Below, piece after piece: positions 25,337-36,530 of a stretch of 64,000 bases of DNA (its first letter is position 1; every line of letters starts with the position of its first letter). The translations under genes were made by a program, and so were the position numbers. The notes below the pieces were generated by a model that had not been told where the DNA came from, ran no database searches, and worked only from the letters and a program-made list of their open reading frames with translations. Source of the DNA: Emiliania huxleyi CCMP1516 (Eukaryota); the NCBI RefSeq assembly GCF_000372725.1, contig NW_005202428.1, positions 124,001-188,000 on the forward strand. Reading direction: 5' to 3'.

Positions 25337-26019
25337 TGTCGGTAGAGTGCTCTCTACTGCCGCGGCGCCCCTGTCGGTTCGGAGGCGACCGGCGGCCGCG
25401 CGCTTGGTGCCGACGTCGACCGGCTGCTCTCGCGGCGCCGAGGCGATATGCTTCGGTCACGTCACGCACGCTGCGAGGTGTCTTTTGGCATGTCGGCGCT
25501 TGGCATGGACGCCAGGAAGCTCGCCTTCCTTGCCTGCGGCCGCGGGCGTGCGGGCGGGCACGCCAGGCTCGGCGACGCTCCGCGCGGGTCTTCGAGCTCG
25601 CGACCCGCGACGAGCCAGCATGGCTCGTCGCTCGACGGGAGCCTGCCCAGCATGCTCTCGGCACTCTGTACAGCCTCGACAAGGTGTCTGGGAAGGCCGA
25701 CAGGGCCAGAGCGGGCCGTCTCGGGCGAGATGGCGCGCTGAATTACCATGACTACGAGCTCTCCGATCGGGTCGCCGGCGGCGGGCTTGCGCGGCGCGCT
25801 GCTCGACGGCAGGCTGCTCTCCAACCTTTCAACAGTGTCTTTTACCTCGCTCCTCTCGCTGCAACCGCCTGCGGGGGCCGGCGCCGGCCGCCTCGCTTCG
25901 CCAGCGCTGCCTACGCCTACGACACGCGCATCGGCTCGCCGCCCGCGTCGCCTGCGGCGGGCCCGCGGGGCGCGCTGCTCGTCGGGAGCGTGCTCAGCAG
26001 GCTGTTCAGCGCAGCCTGA
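25337..26019 (+). pseudogene. Unknown ORF with an inverted, frameshifted paralog at ~34910-35360
   Basis: MSVECSLLPRRPCRFGG is shared with the minus-strand copy. Confidence 0.45.
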
Positions 26020-26059
26020 CTCACTCAGAGCGCCGCTGATGCGGCGTGGGGGGCTGCCG

Positions 26060-27426
26060 ACGCACTGCTGCCGCGCACGCTGCGCTCTGGCTGCGCTGTG
26101 TGGGCGTCACCATCATGTCCTCGCCGCGTCGCCGACGCCACTTGCTGCTCGCGGCTGACCTGCCCTCTTCCCTGCCATCGCGCAAACAAACACACACACA
26201 CACGCAAGCACACACACATTATTAATGATCGAGTATTAATTATTATTTATTAATCATCGGGCGGCGGAGCGGCGCGGCGGCGGGCGGCGCGAGGCGGCGG
26301 CGCGGCGAGGCAGCGGGCGACGCAGGGCGGGGCGGCGCGGCGGCGGTGGGGTAATTAATTATTTGTTAATTAATTATTACTTAATAATCATCGGGCGGCG
26401 GCGCGGCGCGGCGGCGGGCGGCGCGGAGCGGGGCGGCGCGACCATCTGTCCTGACCGGGGCCTCTGGTCCATTGGAGAGCGGCAATGGTCGCGCCGCCCT
26501 CGACTCAAGGGGCTGCCTTCCATCCGCCGCTGCTCAGGCCGGGGGAGGGGGGGAGACCTCCTGTTCCTCGCGGAACGGGAGCAGGCCCCTCCTTGCCCGG
26601 TCTGCGAAGCAGGGCGGTGGTCGTGCCATCTTCGCTTCACAAAGACCACGCCGCAATCGTCGCCGGCGCGCGACGCGTTCCCGTAGGCCGGACTGTCCTG
26701 GTCGAGAGTGTGTGCCACCACGGCGGGGCTACTCGAGGGTAGTGCCGACGGGACGCGGCTCGAGGGCGACTCTCGCGAAGGCACGGCTGGCAACCGTGGC
26801 GCGGGGCTCGCGTTCGACAAGACCGGGATCGCTCTACCGGCAAACCTCAAGCTGACATGCGCGCCCCGTCGAGCTGACGGCGGGCGCGATGAGGTCGCAC
26901 GCCAAGCCAAGTTATATGCCAATGGCATGCGATCTAGAATCGGCTCACGCGCCTCTACTCGCATACGCTCACCCATAGAATTGTCACCGCCAGTGAGTGC
27001 GAGATAGGGCTAGCGGCTGGCGGCTAGCCTCTGAGGAGAGTGACCAGAGACACCTCACACGACCCCACACACGGTCTAGTCCGGCCTCGCGGTCGGCGGA
27101 GATTGCTAGAGGACGAGCAAGCCTGCTCTAGCCTCACGCGTTCGCCCCTGTCGTCTGTTGTGTTGTTGTGCCCTTGTTTGTTCCTTCGGCACCTTGGCTG
27201 GGGGAGGCGACAGGGAGGGGGCGCGGCCTTGAGTTATGTGTACGCCAACTCAGGGTGTGTGGCAGCCCGCTGGCTGTGTGTCTTGTGAGCTTGTTTGTGT
27301 CTGTGTGTCGCTCGTGCGTGTCGTCATCATCTGTCCCGCGTCCACCCATACCGCGTTGGTGTCCAGTCCGAGCCTGACTGTTGTTCATCTTTCTACATAC
27401 ATACATACGCCCTACCTACCTACCTA
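26060..27426 (+). mobile_element. Composite repeat: AT/GC-alternating block, degenerate LINE C-terminus, 3' UTR and (CATA/CTAC)n tail; second copy at 31270-32600
   Basis: Direct similarity between the two loci; a CPVC....WSCHL remnant resembles the zinc knuckle at the end of LINE ORF2; simple-repeat tail. Confidence 0.7.
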
Positions 27427-27707
27427 TTTCTAGGGTACCCAGGCTCCGGGCCGGTGTGCGGGGAGCGAACCTTAACGACCGCCCAGAAGCTTTCTGAGCG
27501 AACCAATCGGGCCGGGATCATCAGCATATGTCCCCTCCACAACATCGTGGGCGTTTGAGCGGTATTTGAGGAGCACCGCGACTCTGAAGTTCGGCCGGGT
27601 GGCCTGCAGACCCCCCCGCCCCCCCCCCCCCCCCCCCGAGCAGCAGAGGCTCCGTGGGATCGAAAAGTCGACGCTGGGAACCGTACGCCTCGCGCGTGTG
27701 TGCGCAG

Positions 27708-27968
27708 GTGCAGCGCTCGTCCGCCGGCTTCGGCGGCTGGATCGATGCGTTTGCTGACCTCGACGTGGGCGGACACGACGACGAGGACGGGCTGCTCGTC
27801 AGCGGGGCCAAGGACGAAAGCGGCGACAGCGACGACGGGCGCGGCGGCTGCGCGCCGTTGCGAGCCGGCGACGCGGAGGAGGAGGCGGCGCTGCAGCGCG
27901 CCCTGCTCGAGAGTGTCGGCGTGAGGTTTGCGGGCGGCGAGGAGGACAGAGAGGGCGTGGCAGACTGA
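27708..27968 (+). CDS. Orphan terminal exon with a UIM-like motif
   Basis: Acceptor-like GTGTGCGCAG|GTG; EEEAALQRALLES resembles a ubiquitin-interacting motif. Confidence 0.35.
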   Translation: MQRSSAGFGGWIDAFADLDVGGHDDEDGLLVSGAKDESGDSDDGRGGCAPLRAGDAEEEAALQRALLESVGVRFAGGEEDREGVAD

Positions 27969-28636
27969 GGTCGGTAACGAGGGCGGCAAGGAACGAGATC
28001 CCTCTCACCAAGATCGCGCAGGGGCCAGAGCGGGAAACATGGAACCCACTATCCGTCTCGTGTTTGACCATTTTCAATTTCCATTTTCAATTTGACCATT
28101 TTCATTGATTTATTTCCAAAAAAACGTCTCGTGGGAACGAGCAAAAGCGCCTGGCTGCCCTGAGAGGGAGGTGGCGAGCTGCCTTCTCCGCCACAAATGC
28201 CGGCCCGTGAGGGCACGCAGACCGGCCGCAGTAATCGACCTTTGCGTGCGCTAAGAGTCCCAGCCGAAGCTTTGGGCCCTTCCCTCTTGCACCGTGCCGA
28301 GCCGCCGCAGGCTCGACCCGCTCCCAAGGTCGTGCTCAATGCAATTTCCTCCGAGACACCAACATATGGGGTTGCCGCTTTGCTTTCTTTCCGTAGTTGG
28401 ATCGAGCCATATGTGCATGACTCATTCTCTCTCAGCAGTAGACAGGTATACTCATACAGGGCGCACTCTCTGGAACACAGCGAGAACTAGAGCGAGAATG
28501 GAAACACTCAGACAAGAAGATCATTGGCGCAGGTGCACACCTCCCTCGTATTGAACACATTTTGGTGTCGATCTGGGTTGAGTTGACTCCGAGTCGCCAG
28601 AATCGGCGCGAAGGGTTGCTTGAACATGCTCCGCGC

Positions 28637-30445
28637 TCACTTCAGGGGGGGTGCGCCGATGGAAGTGTCGAACGGGGTGCCCACCTCAAAGCCCTCTGGC
28701 TGAAAGTAGTCTTCAGCGCAGCTGAACATCGGCGTCTTGGAGTCCCGCAGCTGTCCCTCCTGGTTCACGACCACGACGGGCAGCGAGATGCCAGTCGCGT
28801 TGCGGTAGCTCTCGGCGACCTGGTAGGCGCCGCGCACGCCGTCGTCGAACATGATCGCAGCCTGCGCCGGCGTCTTTCCTGCGTTGATGTAATTGATGGC
28901 CGCCGGCGCCCAGATGGCTGTGTGCGGCGCAAGGTCCGTGAATTCGCGGCCCGCCCAGTTCATGATGACCTCGTTGTTCAAGCCTTGCTTGGGGATGCTC
29001 TTCCAAAGCTTGCTGATCTCGTTAAAGTTCGTCACCTTCTCAAAGATGCTAAACTGCGTCGGCCGAAGCATGCAGAGGGCGAGGCTGTCGAAATTGGTTG
29101 TAGACGCACCATTGGCGCGGAAGACGCTCCCGGCAGCAGGCTGCATGTCGCTGGGAATTCCAGTCCATGCTGCACGATCAAGCAGTACTTGTTCGGATCT
29201 GACGCACTTGTTCTGGAAGCATTCCGGCACAAGATCAGGGGGGAGAGAGACCGTTCCGAAGAGGTCGCAGAAGAGCGAGACGGCCTGCTCTTTTGCATCC
29301 CCAAAACGGGTGGGTTGTCCCGCGGCGTTGGTCGCTAGACCATGCCCGCCCGCCTCGCCGATGCGGTAGAGCGACTCAAGGGCGGCCATGACATTGGATT
29401 CCCAGTGCTCCCAGTAGTTCTCAGCGTTAGTTGTGTCGGGGCAGAAGGCCGTAAGGTCCCCGGGCAGCCAGGTGTTCGTCCCCATCGTAGGGTTGCAGTT
29501 GTCAGTCGCATGGATGTCCTCCACTGTGATGGTGCCCGGCGCGCCGCCAAAGGCGTCGAGCGTGGCATTCGCGAGGAGCATCTCCCCCACGCCCGGCCCA
29601 GCTGCGCACGCCGCGCGATTGAAGGTGTTGGCGTCCTGCGGTGAGAGGAGCTTAATTGTCTCGGCGAAGAAGGGAAGCTGCTCCTCGACGCTTTTGGGGT
29701 TCTTATTCAGCCCCGGAGAGAGAACGAGGCCGCCGAACGGCAGCGGGTTTGCGTTGAAGGGGAAGACAAAGGCGCCGCCGTCGACATTGCCACACCCGTA
29801 GGGTCCGTCTGGTGCGTCGTTCGGTGCATTTGGTGTCGCTGAGCTGCAATTGGGGAAGGGCATCGTCTTTCCCTCCTCTTTAGTCGGGGTGAGGTCCCGG
29901 CGATTGAAGGTGAAGCTGGTTCCACCAACCTTCAGCGCTTTCGGAGTCTGGCACCAGGCCGGGTAGAAGTTGGCGTCCAGCTCCTTCGGGCAACGCCACG
30001 CATCGCCGCGGCCTTCGACACCGTTCCACCCCGTCTGGAAAGTGTTGTCGTTGCCGCCGAGCGCGGTGAACTCTGTCTCACTGGCAAGTCTGTCCGTGTG
30101 GTTGAAGCAGCCCAGGTCCTCACCAGCGCCGATGTAGCCGGAGCAGTCGAGGCGCAGCTTGAGCGGCTTTACCACATCGAATGGGGAGGACAGCGGGCTG
30201 ATCACCTCCTTAATCGTGACACCCTTGTCCGCGAGGCCGAGCTGGCTGTTTCCGAGGCCACCTTCGATGGCGTGGATGAAGAAGCCGGAGCAGGCGTAGG
30301 CGGGCAGGCCCTTGTCGCGGCACTCCTTGCCGGTCGCCTCGTTGAGCTGGTTGAGCTTGTCGGCCACCGTTGGTCCGTGTCGGTGGCTGCACACCCCGCG
30401 AGAGCCTCCAACAGGCAACGAGAGGGCGGCGGACGCGAGGAGCAT
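28637..30445 (-). CDS. Intronless, probably secreted 602-aa protein; halovibrin (HvnA/HvnC)-like
   Basis: Short hydrophobic N-terminus, then in order: GPTVADKLN...C...PAYACSG, W.QTP....GGTSF...RRD, P.DA.T..R, NE...W, G..GA......Y...TG..LPVV, F.C....Q. Confidence 0.65.
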   Translation of the reverse strand: MLLASAALSLPVGGSRGVCSHRHGPTVADKLNQLNEATGKECRDKGLPAYACSGFFIHAIEGGLGNSQLGLADKGVTIKEVISPLSSPFDVVKPLKLRLDCSGYIGAGEDLGCFNHTDRLASETEFTALGGNDNTFQTGWNGVEGRGDAWRCPKELDANFYPAWCQTPKALKVGGTSFTFNRRDLTPTKEEGKTMPFPNCSSATPNAPNDAPDGPYGCGNVDGGAFVFPFNANPLPFGGLVLSPGLNKNPKSVEEQLPFFAETIKLLSPQDANTFNRAACAAGPGVGEMLLANATLDAFGGAPGTITVEDIHATDNCNPTMGTNTWLPGDLTAFCPDTTNAENYWEHWESNVMAALESLYRIGEAGGHGLATNAAGQPTRFGDAKEQAVSLFCDLFGTVSLPPDLVPECFQNKCVRSEQVLLDRAAWTGIPSDMQPAAGSVFRANGASTTNFDSLALCMLRPTQFSIFEKVTNFNEISKLWKSIPKQGLNNEVIMNWAGREFTDLAPHTAIWAPAAINYINAGKTPAQAAIMFDDGVRGAYQVAESYRNATGISLPVVVVNQEGQLRDSKTPMFSCAEDYFQPEGFEVGTPFDTSIGAPPLK

Positions 30446-30854
30446 TTTGTACTTCCTGCGGCATGGGTGCGACAGCCGCGATCGGCGCGGTGTGGGGCAA
30501 GGCTGGCAGGGCAAGTGAGGCTAGCCGGCAGCCTGTGATCGGGGGGCAGGGCTGGCAGCAACCTGTTTATCGGGAGACAGTGACCGCGCGGAAGTCAATC
30601 GCGGCACGCACTTCTGCAGGAGGACGCGTCGTGAACAAGGGTGTTGGAGAGCTGCACCTTGTTCAGTCTTCCTCCTGCAGAAGTGCGTGCCGCGATTGTT
30701 TCGCCGCGGCATCGGCCGCTATCTCGGGTGTACCAACCGAGCAGCAGTGACGGGTAGAGCATCTCGCTTTGATACGGCGAAGCGACTTGGGACAGTGTCA
30801 GTCAGTCTCCGGAGCTAGATTTTTTTGCTCCCGCGGCACCACCCACAACAACAA

Positions 30855-30858
<4 letters not shown>

Positions 30859-30947
<89 letters not shown>
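30859..30947. repeat. (CA)n microsatellite, followed by a CRE-type 3' UTR fragment (~30988-31010)
   Basis: Directly visible; GTACCTGTGTTAGTGCCAGTG matches 51794-51814. Confidence 0.9.
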
Positions 30948-30948
<1 letters not shown>

Positions 30949-31269
30949 AAAATTTTTTTTGGCGTACCACCCTCCCGCAAGTGACTTCGTACCTGTGTTA
31001 GTGCCAGTGTCCGCGCGCTCGCGGGAAACTTTTTTTTCTGCGCGCGAGCGAGTACGCCGCGCTTTCAGCCAGTCACCGGCCCGGACACACAAAACTCCGG
31101 CCGGCAAAGCTTTAACGACATAATATGGACCTGGCGAGTAGAGGCACACGCACGCACTCTCGAGGTCTCTCAGTCAGTCGTGAGAACAGTGCACCGTCAA
31201 ATCTAGCGGCCAGCATACAGGTCCACGTGCCAGCCGCCCGAATCTGGCCGCGGCGTGGGACCGCCGTCG

Positions 31270-33321
31270 GCGCTGCTGCCGCGCACGCTGCGCTGAGGGC
31301 CTCACCATCGTGTCCTCGCCGCGTCGCCGACGCCACTTGCTGCTCGCGGCTGCCCTGCCCTTCCCTGCCATCGCGCAAACAAACAAACACACACACGCAA
31401 GCACACACACATTATTAATGATCGAGTATTAATTATTATTTATTAATCATTGGGCGGCGGAGCGGCGCGGCGGCGGGCGGCGCGAGGCGGCGGCGCGGCG
31501 AGGCAGCGGGCGACGCAGGGCGGGGCGGCGCGGCGGCGGTGGGGTAATTAATTATTTGTTAATTAATTATTACTTAATAATCATCGGGCGGCGGCGCGGC
31601 GCGGCGGCGGGCGGGGCGGAGCGGGGCGGCGCGAACATCTGTCCTGATCGGGCCTCCGGCCTTTGACGCAGAACAATGGTCGCGCCGCCCTCGACTCACG
31701 GGGCTGCCTTCCACCGTCGCTGCTCAGGCCGGGGGAGGGGGGGAGACCTCCTGTTCCTCGCGGAACGGGAGCAGGCCCCTCCTTGCCCGGTCTGCGAAGC
31801 AGGGCGGTGGTCGTGCCATCTTCGCTTCACAAAGACCACGCCGCAATCGTCGCCGGCGCGCGACGCGTTCCCGTAGGCCGGACTGTCCTGGTCGAGAGTG
31901 TGTGCCGCCAAGGCGGGGCTACTCGAGGACAGTGCCGACGGGACGCGGCTCGAGAGACGACTCCCGCGAAAGCACGGCTGGCATCCGTGGCGTGGGGCTC
32001 GCCTTCGAAAAGTCGGGCATGGCTCTCCCCGCAACTCTATCGCTAACACGCGCGCACCACCGAGACTCTGGTGGGCGCGCTGCGGTCGCACGTCTACCTC
32101 CGTCATAGTGCCACGACGTGCGGCCTAGATTTAGCACACGCGCCTCTGCTTGCATACACTCATACATTGGATTGTCATCACCTGTGAGTGCGAGACAGGG
32201 CTAGCCGTAGGCCGCTAGCCTCTGAGGAGGGCGTCCATAGACACCTCACTAGACCCCACACACGGTCTCGTCCGTGCCCCGCCGGCCGGAGAGCTTGCTG
32301 GAGGTAGAGCAAGCCTGCTCTAGCTTCGCATGTCACTTCCTGTTGTCTGTTGTTTGTTGTGCCCTTGTTTGTTCTCTTGGCACCTTGGAGTGCTGGGGGG
32401 GGCGACAGGGAGGATGTGGCCTTGAGTTATGTGTACGCCTACTCAGGGTGTGTGGCAGCCCGCTGGCTGTGTGTCTTGTGAGCATGTTTGTGTCTGTGTG
32501 TCGCTCGTGCGTGTCGTCATCTCATCTGTCTAGCGTCAACCCATACCGCGTTGGTGTCCAGTCCGAGCCTGGCTGTTCTTCACTTCCTACCTACCTACCT
32601 ACGAAGAGAGACGCCGAGAGTGGGCGACGGCTAGCAACACACCTTCTTTCCCGTGAAATCCCTGTGTGAAAGTGAACGGTGTTCTTTTACGGTCGCACGG
32701 CAGAAAAAAATCGGGCAAGGCGGCCTCCAACTGGCCTCCAACTGGTTGGGATCTCGGCGGCCGTATCTCGGTCAAACCACGTGTCCTCTGGGATCCCGGA
32801 TCGCCTCTCTTCGCACAAGCTCAGAGAGCGATGTCTCCGCTTGGCCCCGAGGCATCCAGCACGAACGCAAAGCTCGGCGCCTCGTCGCCACTTCTTGGCT
32901 TCGATCTCTCCTCGTTTGTCGAGGCGGCACAGGTCGCCCTTGAGGCTGACAAGGTGAAGGGCCAGGCCATGCCCAACCGTCGCCGCCGCGGAACCAGCAT
33001 CCCAAACTCGCTGCTCGCATCGGTGAGGCAGGAGGTTCTTGTCGAGACGAAGGAGAAGAATGAGCAGGTCGCCCGCACCAAAGAGCTGCGGGCGTGGGGC
33101 AAGGGCGAGGCGGTGCCAGAGGAGTGGCCCGACCCACCTCCGTATGAGGACATCGGCGTCTTCTCCCTCGAGTGAGAGGTAACGTTCGGATGCGCTGCGG
33201 CGCGCTGCGAAAGCGAGCGCGCCGACGGCGTCACCCTTTTTCCGTGCAACGCGGTTCTCTCTCTCCCCTTCGGAGAAGCAGTTGGTGTGCACGCGCTACT
33301 AGCGCGTGCCGGTTTATCGGG
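31270..33321 (+). repeat. Mosaic repeat: 5' part shared with 26060-27426, 3' part shared with 7397-8725
   Basis: Direct sequence comparison. Confidence 0.85.
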
Positions 33322-33475
33322 CGAGCCCCTACGGTCGCTTCGCGAGTACGGTATCTGGCGTGTCGGGGAGAGCCTCATACGTCCCACGCATGATGGTGTA
33401 GAGAGAAGAGATGGTTTTTTTCGCACAGCGTCAGCGCTGAGAAGAGAGACTAGAGAGCCACGAGCGACGGGCTCA

Positions 33476-34816
33476 TCAAAACTCGACCACCACATCAAAG
33501 CACCGCTGTTGGATCGGCCTGCCGCGACTGTAGGCGCACCACGCCCCTCTCGGCCGGATGCCGACCAGCGTCACGCGTGCAAACGGCGGCAGCCTCCAGA
33601 TCGCGTCATCCGTGCCGACCAGCTCGCGCCTCGGCCCGGCCCGTGGTGACGGCCTAGCCCGCGCGACCGCCGGCGGCCGCTCTCCTCCTCGCTCCTCCAC
33701 CGCCGTCGCCGCTCTCACCTCCGCCGCCATCTCCGCCACTTCGTTTGCAGCCACCGCCGCGGCGGCCTGCTCCGCCGCCTCCGCCCACTCCGCCGCCTCC
33801 GCCGCCTGCTCCGACGCCTCTGCTGCAGCCGCCTCCGCCGCCCAGCCCGCCGCCGCGTCCGCCGCCGCGTCCGCCGCCGGCCGCGAGGCGTGGAAGCAGG
33901 CCACGTCCGAGTCGACGAGCTCGTACGTCACGCGGCCTTGCCCAGTCACGGGCACGCAAAAGCCGCGCCCGGCGCCGTCGCCGCGCGCGGGGAAGGAGGC
34001 GCCGTTGGCCTCCATCGCAAAGGCGACGTTGCGCGCGACGAGGGAGAGGCCGGGCCGCGCCCCGGGCGCGCGCAGCGCCTCCCACGCGGGATCCGCTGTC
34101 GCGAGACCAAACTCGCCCCCCAGGGCTGCGTAGCTGCAAGGCGCGGCCGCGTCCCCGGCGTGGGCCGGCTGCTCCGGCTGCCGCCAGCCCCGCTCCCAGA
34201 GGGCGAGGCAGAGCGTCCAGCAGCTCGCCGCGTGCTCGCCCCGCCGCTCGAGGATGGAGCGCGTCAGGGCGCCCGCGCAGCGGCTCGCAAGGAGCGACAC
34301 CTCCACCGCCCGCTCCGCCGGCCACCCCGCCTCCGCCTTCCACGCCAGCGAGCCGGCATACGAGTGCGCCGCCTCCGTCTCGACCGAGCCGCCGTTGCCG
34401 GGCGCAAAGAAGGCGCGCACCGCGCCCAGCCCGCCCATCAGCCGCATCTTCTCCTCGAGCGAGGCGAGGCTCTCCTCGCCCTTGCTCGCCGCGAGCAGCC
34501 GCGCCTGCGCGAGCCTCAGCGCTGGCCACTCGTCGCGCCACCCGCGGTCGGCGGGCCACGGGCCGACGCTGGCCCGCAGCTGCTCGGCAGCGTGCAGCGC
34601 GGGCAACAGGCACGGGCAGCCGTCGACAGATCCGGCCCGGTCCGGCCGCAGCAGCCGCCGCAGCCGCTCGCGAGCCAGATCGGGCGCGGCCGCCTGCCAA
34701 GCGGAGCAGCAGCAAGCCGCGCAGCAAAGGCTGCGGGCCGGAAGGAGCGAAAGCACACAGGCCTGCAGCTCTGTCGGGAGCGTGGGGAGGGATGGGACGG
34801 CCAGCGAGTCCGACAT
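33476..34816 (-). CDS. F-box protein with an uncharacterised C-terminal domain and an Ala/Glu-rich insert
   Basis: LPTLPTELQACVLSLLPARSLCCAACCCSAW fits the F-box consensus. Confidence 0.75.
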   Translation of the reverse strand: MSDSLAVPSLPTLPTELQACVLSLLPARSLCCAACCCSAWQAAAPDLARERLRRLLRPDRAGSVDGCPCLLPALHAAEQLRASVGPWPADRGWRDEWPALRLAQARLLAASKGEESLASLEEKMRLMGGLGAVRAFFAPGNGGSVETEAAHSYAGSLAWKAEAGWPAERAVEVSLLASRCAGALTRSILERRGEHAASCWTLCLALWERGWRQPEQPAHAGDAAAPCSYAALGGEFGLATADPAWEALRAPGARPGLSLVARNVAFAMEANGASFPARGDGAGRGFCVPVTGQGRVTYELVDSDVACFHASRPAADAAADAAAGWAAEAAAAEASEQAAEAAEWAEAAEQAAAAVAANEVAEMAAEVRAATAVEERGGERPPAVARARPSPRAGPRRELVGTDDAIWRLPPFARVTLVGIRPRGAWCAYSRGRPIQQRCFDVVVEF

Positions 34817-35404
34817 CCTCCGCAACGGATAAAAGAATTGCTCAAGTTCCCGGAGCGAGGTGGCATGAAGGTTGCAGCGAGAATCGGCGAGGGACTGCGA
34901 AGGGAGATAGAAAGACGGAGAGCTGGTAGTCGTGGTACTATCGAGCGCGCTATCGCGGCCGAGACGGCCCGCCCTGTCCCTGTAGACCCTCCCAGAGAGT
35001 TGAGAGTTGGTTGGCGATGCTGTACAGCATGCCCAGAGCATGCTGGACAGGCTCCCGTCGAGCGACGAGCCATGCTGGCTCGTCGCCGGCGGCGAGCTCG
35101 AAGACCCGCGCCGAGCTTCGCCGGAGCCTGGCGGGCCCGCCTGCACGCCCGCGGCCGCAGGCAAGGAAGGCGAGCTTGCTGGCGTCTTTGGCAAGCGCTC
35201 ACATGCCAAAAGACACCTCGCAGCGCGCGAGACGTGACCAAAGCCGCACGTCTCGGCGCCGCGAGAGCAGCCGGTCGACGTCGGCACCAAGCGCGGCCGC
35301 CGGGCGCCTCCGAACCGACAGGGACGCCGCGGCAGTAGAGAGCACTCCACCGACATACATGTACCGTTTTTATGGCGGGTTGAATGTGTAGAGAACTCTC
35401 TCAC

Positions 35405-35528
35405 AAGAAAAAGAATTTAAACAAAACAACTATGCTCAAGGAAAAGAATTTAAACAAAACAACTCTCTCACACAGCACACAGGCTCGACACAGGTGCGAA
35501 CTGGCGCGTGCTAGCAAGGAAAAGAATT
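35405..35528 (-). mobile_element. Short retroposed 3'-end copies (same family as 51891-51965)
   Basis: The reverse complement matches 51892-51966; flanked by repeated AATTCTTTTCCTTG. Confidence 0.85.
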
Positions 35529-35534
35529 CGCGGC

Positions 35535-36530
35535 ATGCCCGCCTCGACGCCTTCACCGCCGCCGAGCGGCGCCGCGCCGCCGCCCGGCTCCGAGATTTTG
35601 GACGTGGGTGGCTGGCACGTCGTCATCACCGATGGGCACGCGGTGCTGCCCGAAGGCATGACGCACCTGCCTGACCGGGCGTTCATCAACTGCACCTCTC
35701 TCGTCTCGGTCGCCTTCCCGCGCAGCCTCGCCTCGATCGGCAGCGGCGCCTTCGAGGGCTGCTCCTCGCTCTCCTCCATCGACCTCCCTGCCGGCCTCAC
35801 CTCCATCGGCAGCCGCGCCTTCGCCCGCTGCTCCTCCATCGCCCGCGTCACCTTCGCCGCCAGCCTCACCTCCATCGGCATCTACGCCTTCTGCTCCTCG
35901 CTCGTCTCCATCGAACTCCCTGAAGGCCTCACCTCCATCGGCAGCGAAGCCTTCTCTGGCTGCACCTCTCTCTCCTCCGCCACCCTCCCCGCCGGCCTCA
36001 CCTCCATCGGCACGCAAGCCTTCTACCGCTGCTCCGCTCTCACATTCATCACCTTCCCCGCCGGCCTCACCTCCATCGGCTACAACGCCTTCGCCAGCTG
36101 CTCCGCCCTCGCCACCGTCACTTTCCCTGCCAGCCTCACCTCCATCGGCATGATCGCCTTCGCCCGCTGCTCCTCCCTCTCCCGCGTCACCTTCCCCGCT
36201 GGCCTCACCTCCATCGGCGGCTGGGCCTTCTCCGGCTGCTCCTCCCTGACCCGCGTCACCGTGCCAGAGACCGCCACCATCCGCCCCAACGCCTTCCCCC
36301 CCGCCACCACGGTCCTCCGCCTCCCTCCCAAGAGGATGCACGGCCTGCAGCGCTGGCACGATGCAGTGGATGGGGCTCTGGCCTACAAGCGCTGCCGCCC
36401 CCTCCTCTACTGCTGGCTGGAGCGGGCCCAGACCAGGCTCGGCTCTTACGGCCCGGACGGCGCGGCGCGCCAGCGCGACCTCGAGGAGTTCGAGGGCGAC
36501 TTTGCGCACCTCGCGCTCCATGCAGACTGA
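35535..36530 (+). CDS. BspA-type (LRR_5) leucine-rich repeat protein
   Basis: About 9 repeats of LTSIG..AF..CSSL..VTFPA. Confidence 0.95.
   Translation: MPASTPSPPPSGAAPPPGSEILDVGGWHVVITDGHAVLPEGMTHLPDRAFINCTSLVSVAFPRSLASIGSGAFEGCSSLSSIDLPAGLTSIGSRAFARCSSIARVTFAASLTSIGIYAFCSSLVSIELPEGLTSIGSEAFSGCTSLSSATLPAGLTSIGTQAFYRCSALTFITFPAGLTSIGYNAFASCSALATVTFPASLTSIGMIAFARCSSLSRVTFPAGLTSIGGWAFSGCSSLTRVTVPETATIRPNAFPPATTVLRLPPKRMHGLQRWHDAVDGALAYKRCRPLLYCWLERAQTRLGSYGPDGAARQRDLEEFEGDFAHLALHAD

Noticed and set aside
28380..28580. Possible LTR end plus primer-binding site (…AACACA TTT TGGTGTCG)
   Set aside because: No second LTR, TSD or gag/pol sequence is present in the window.
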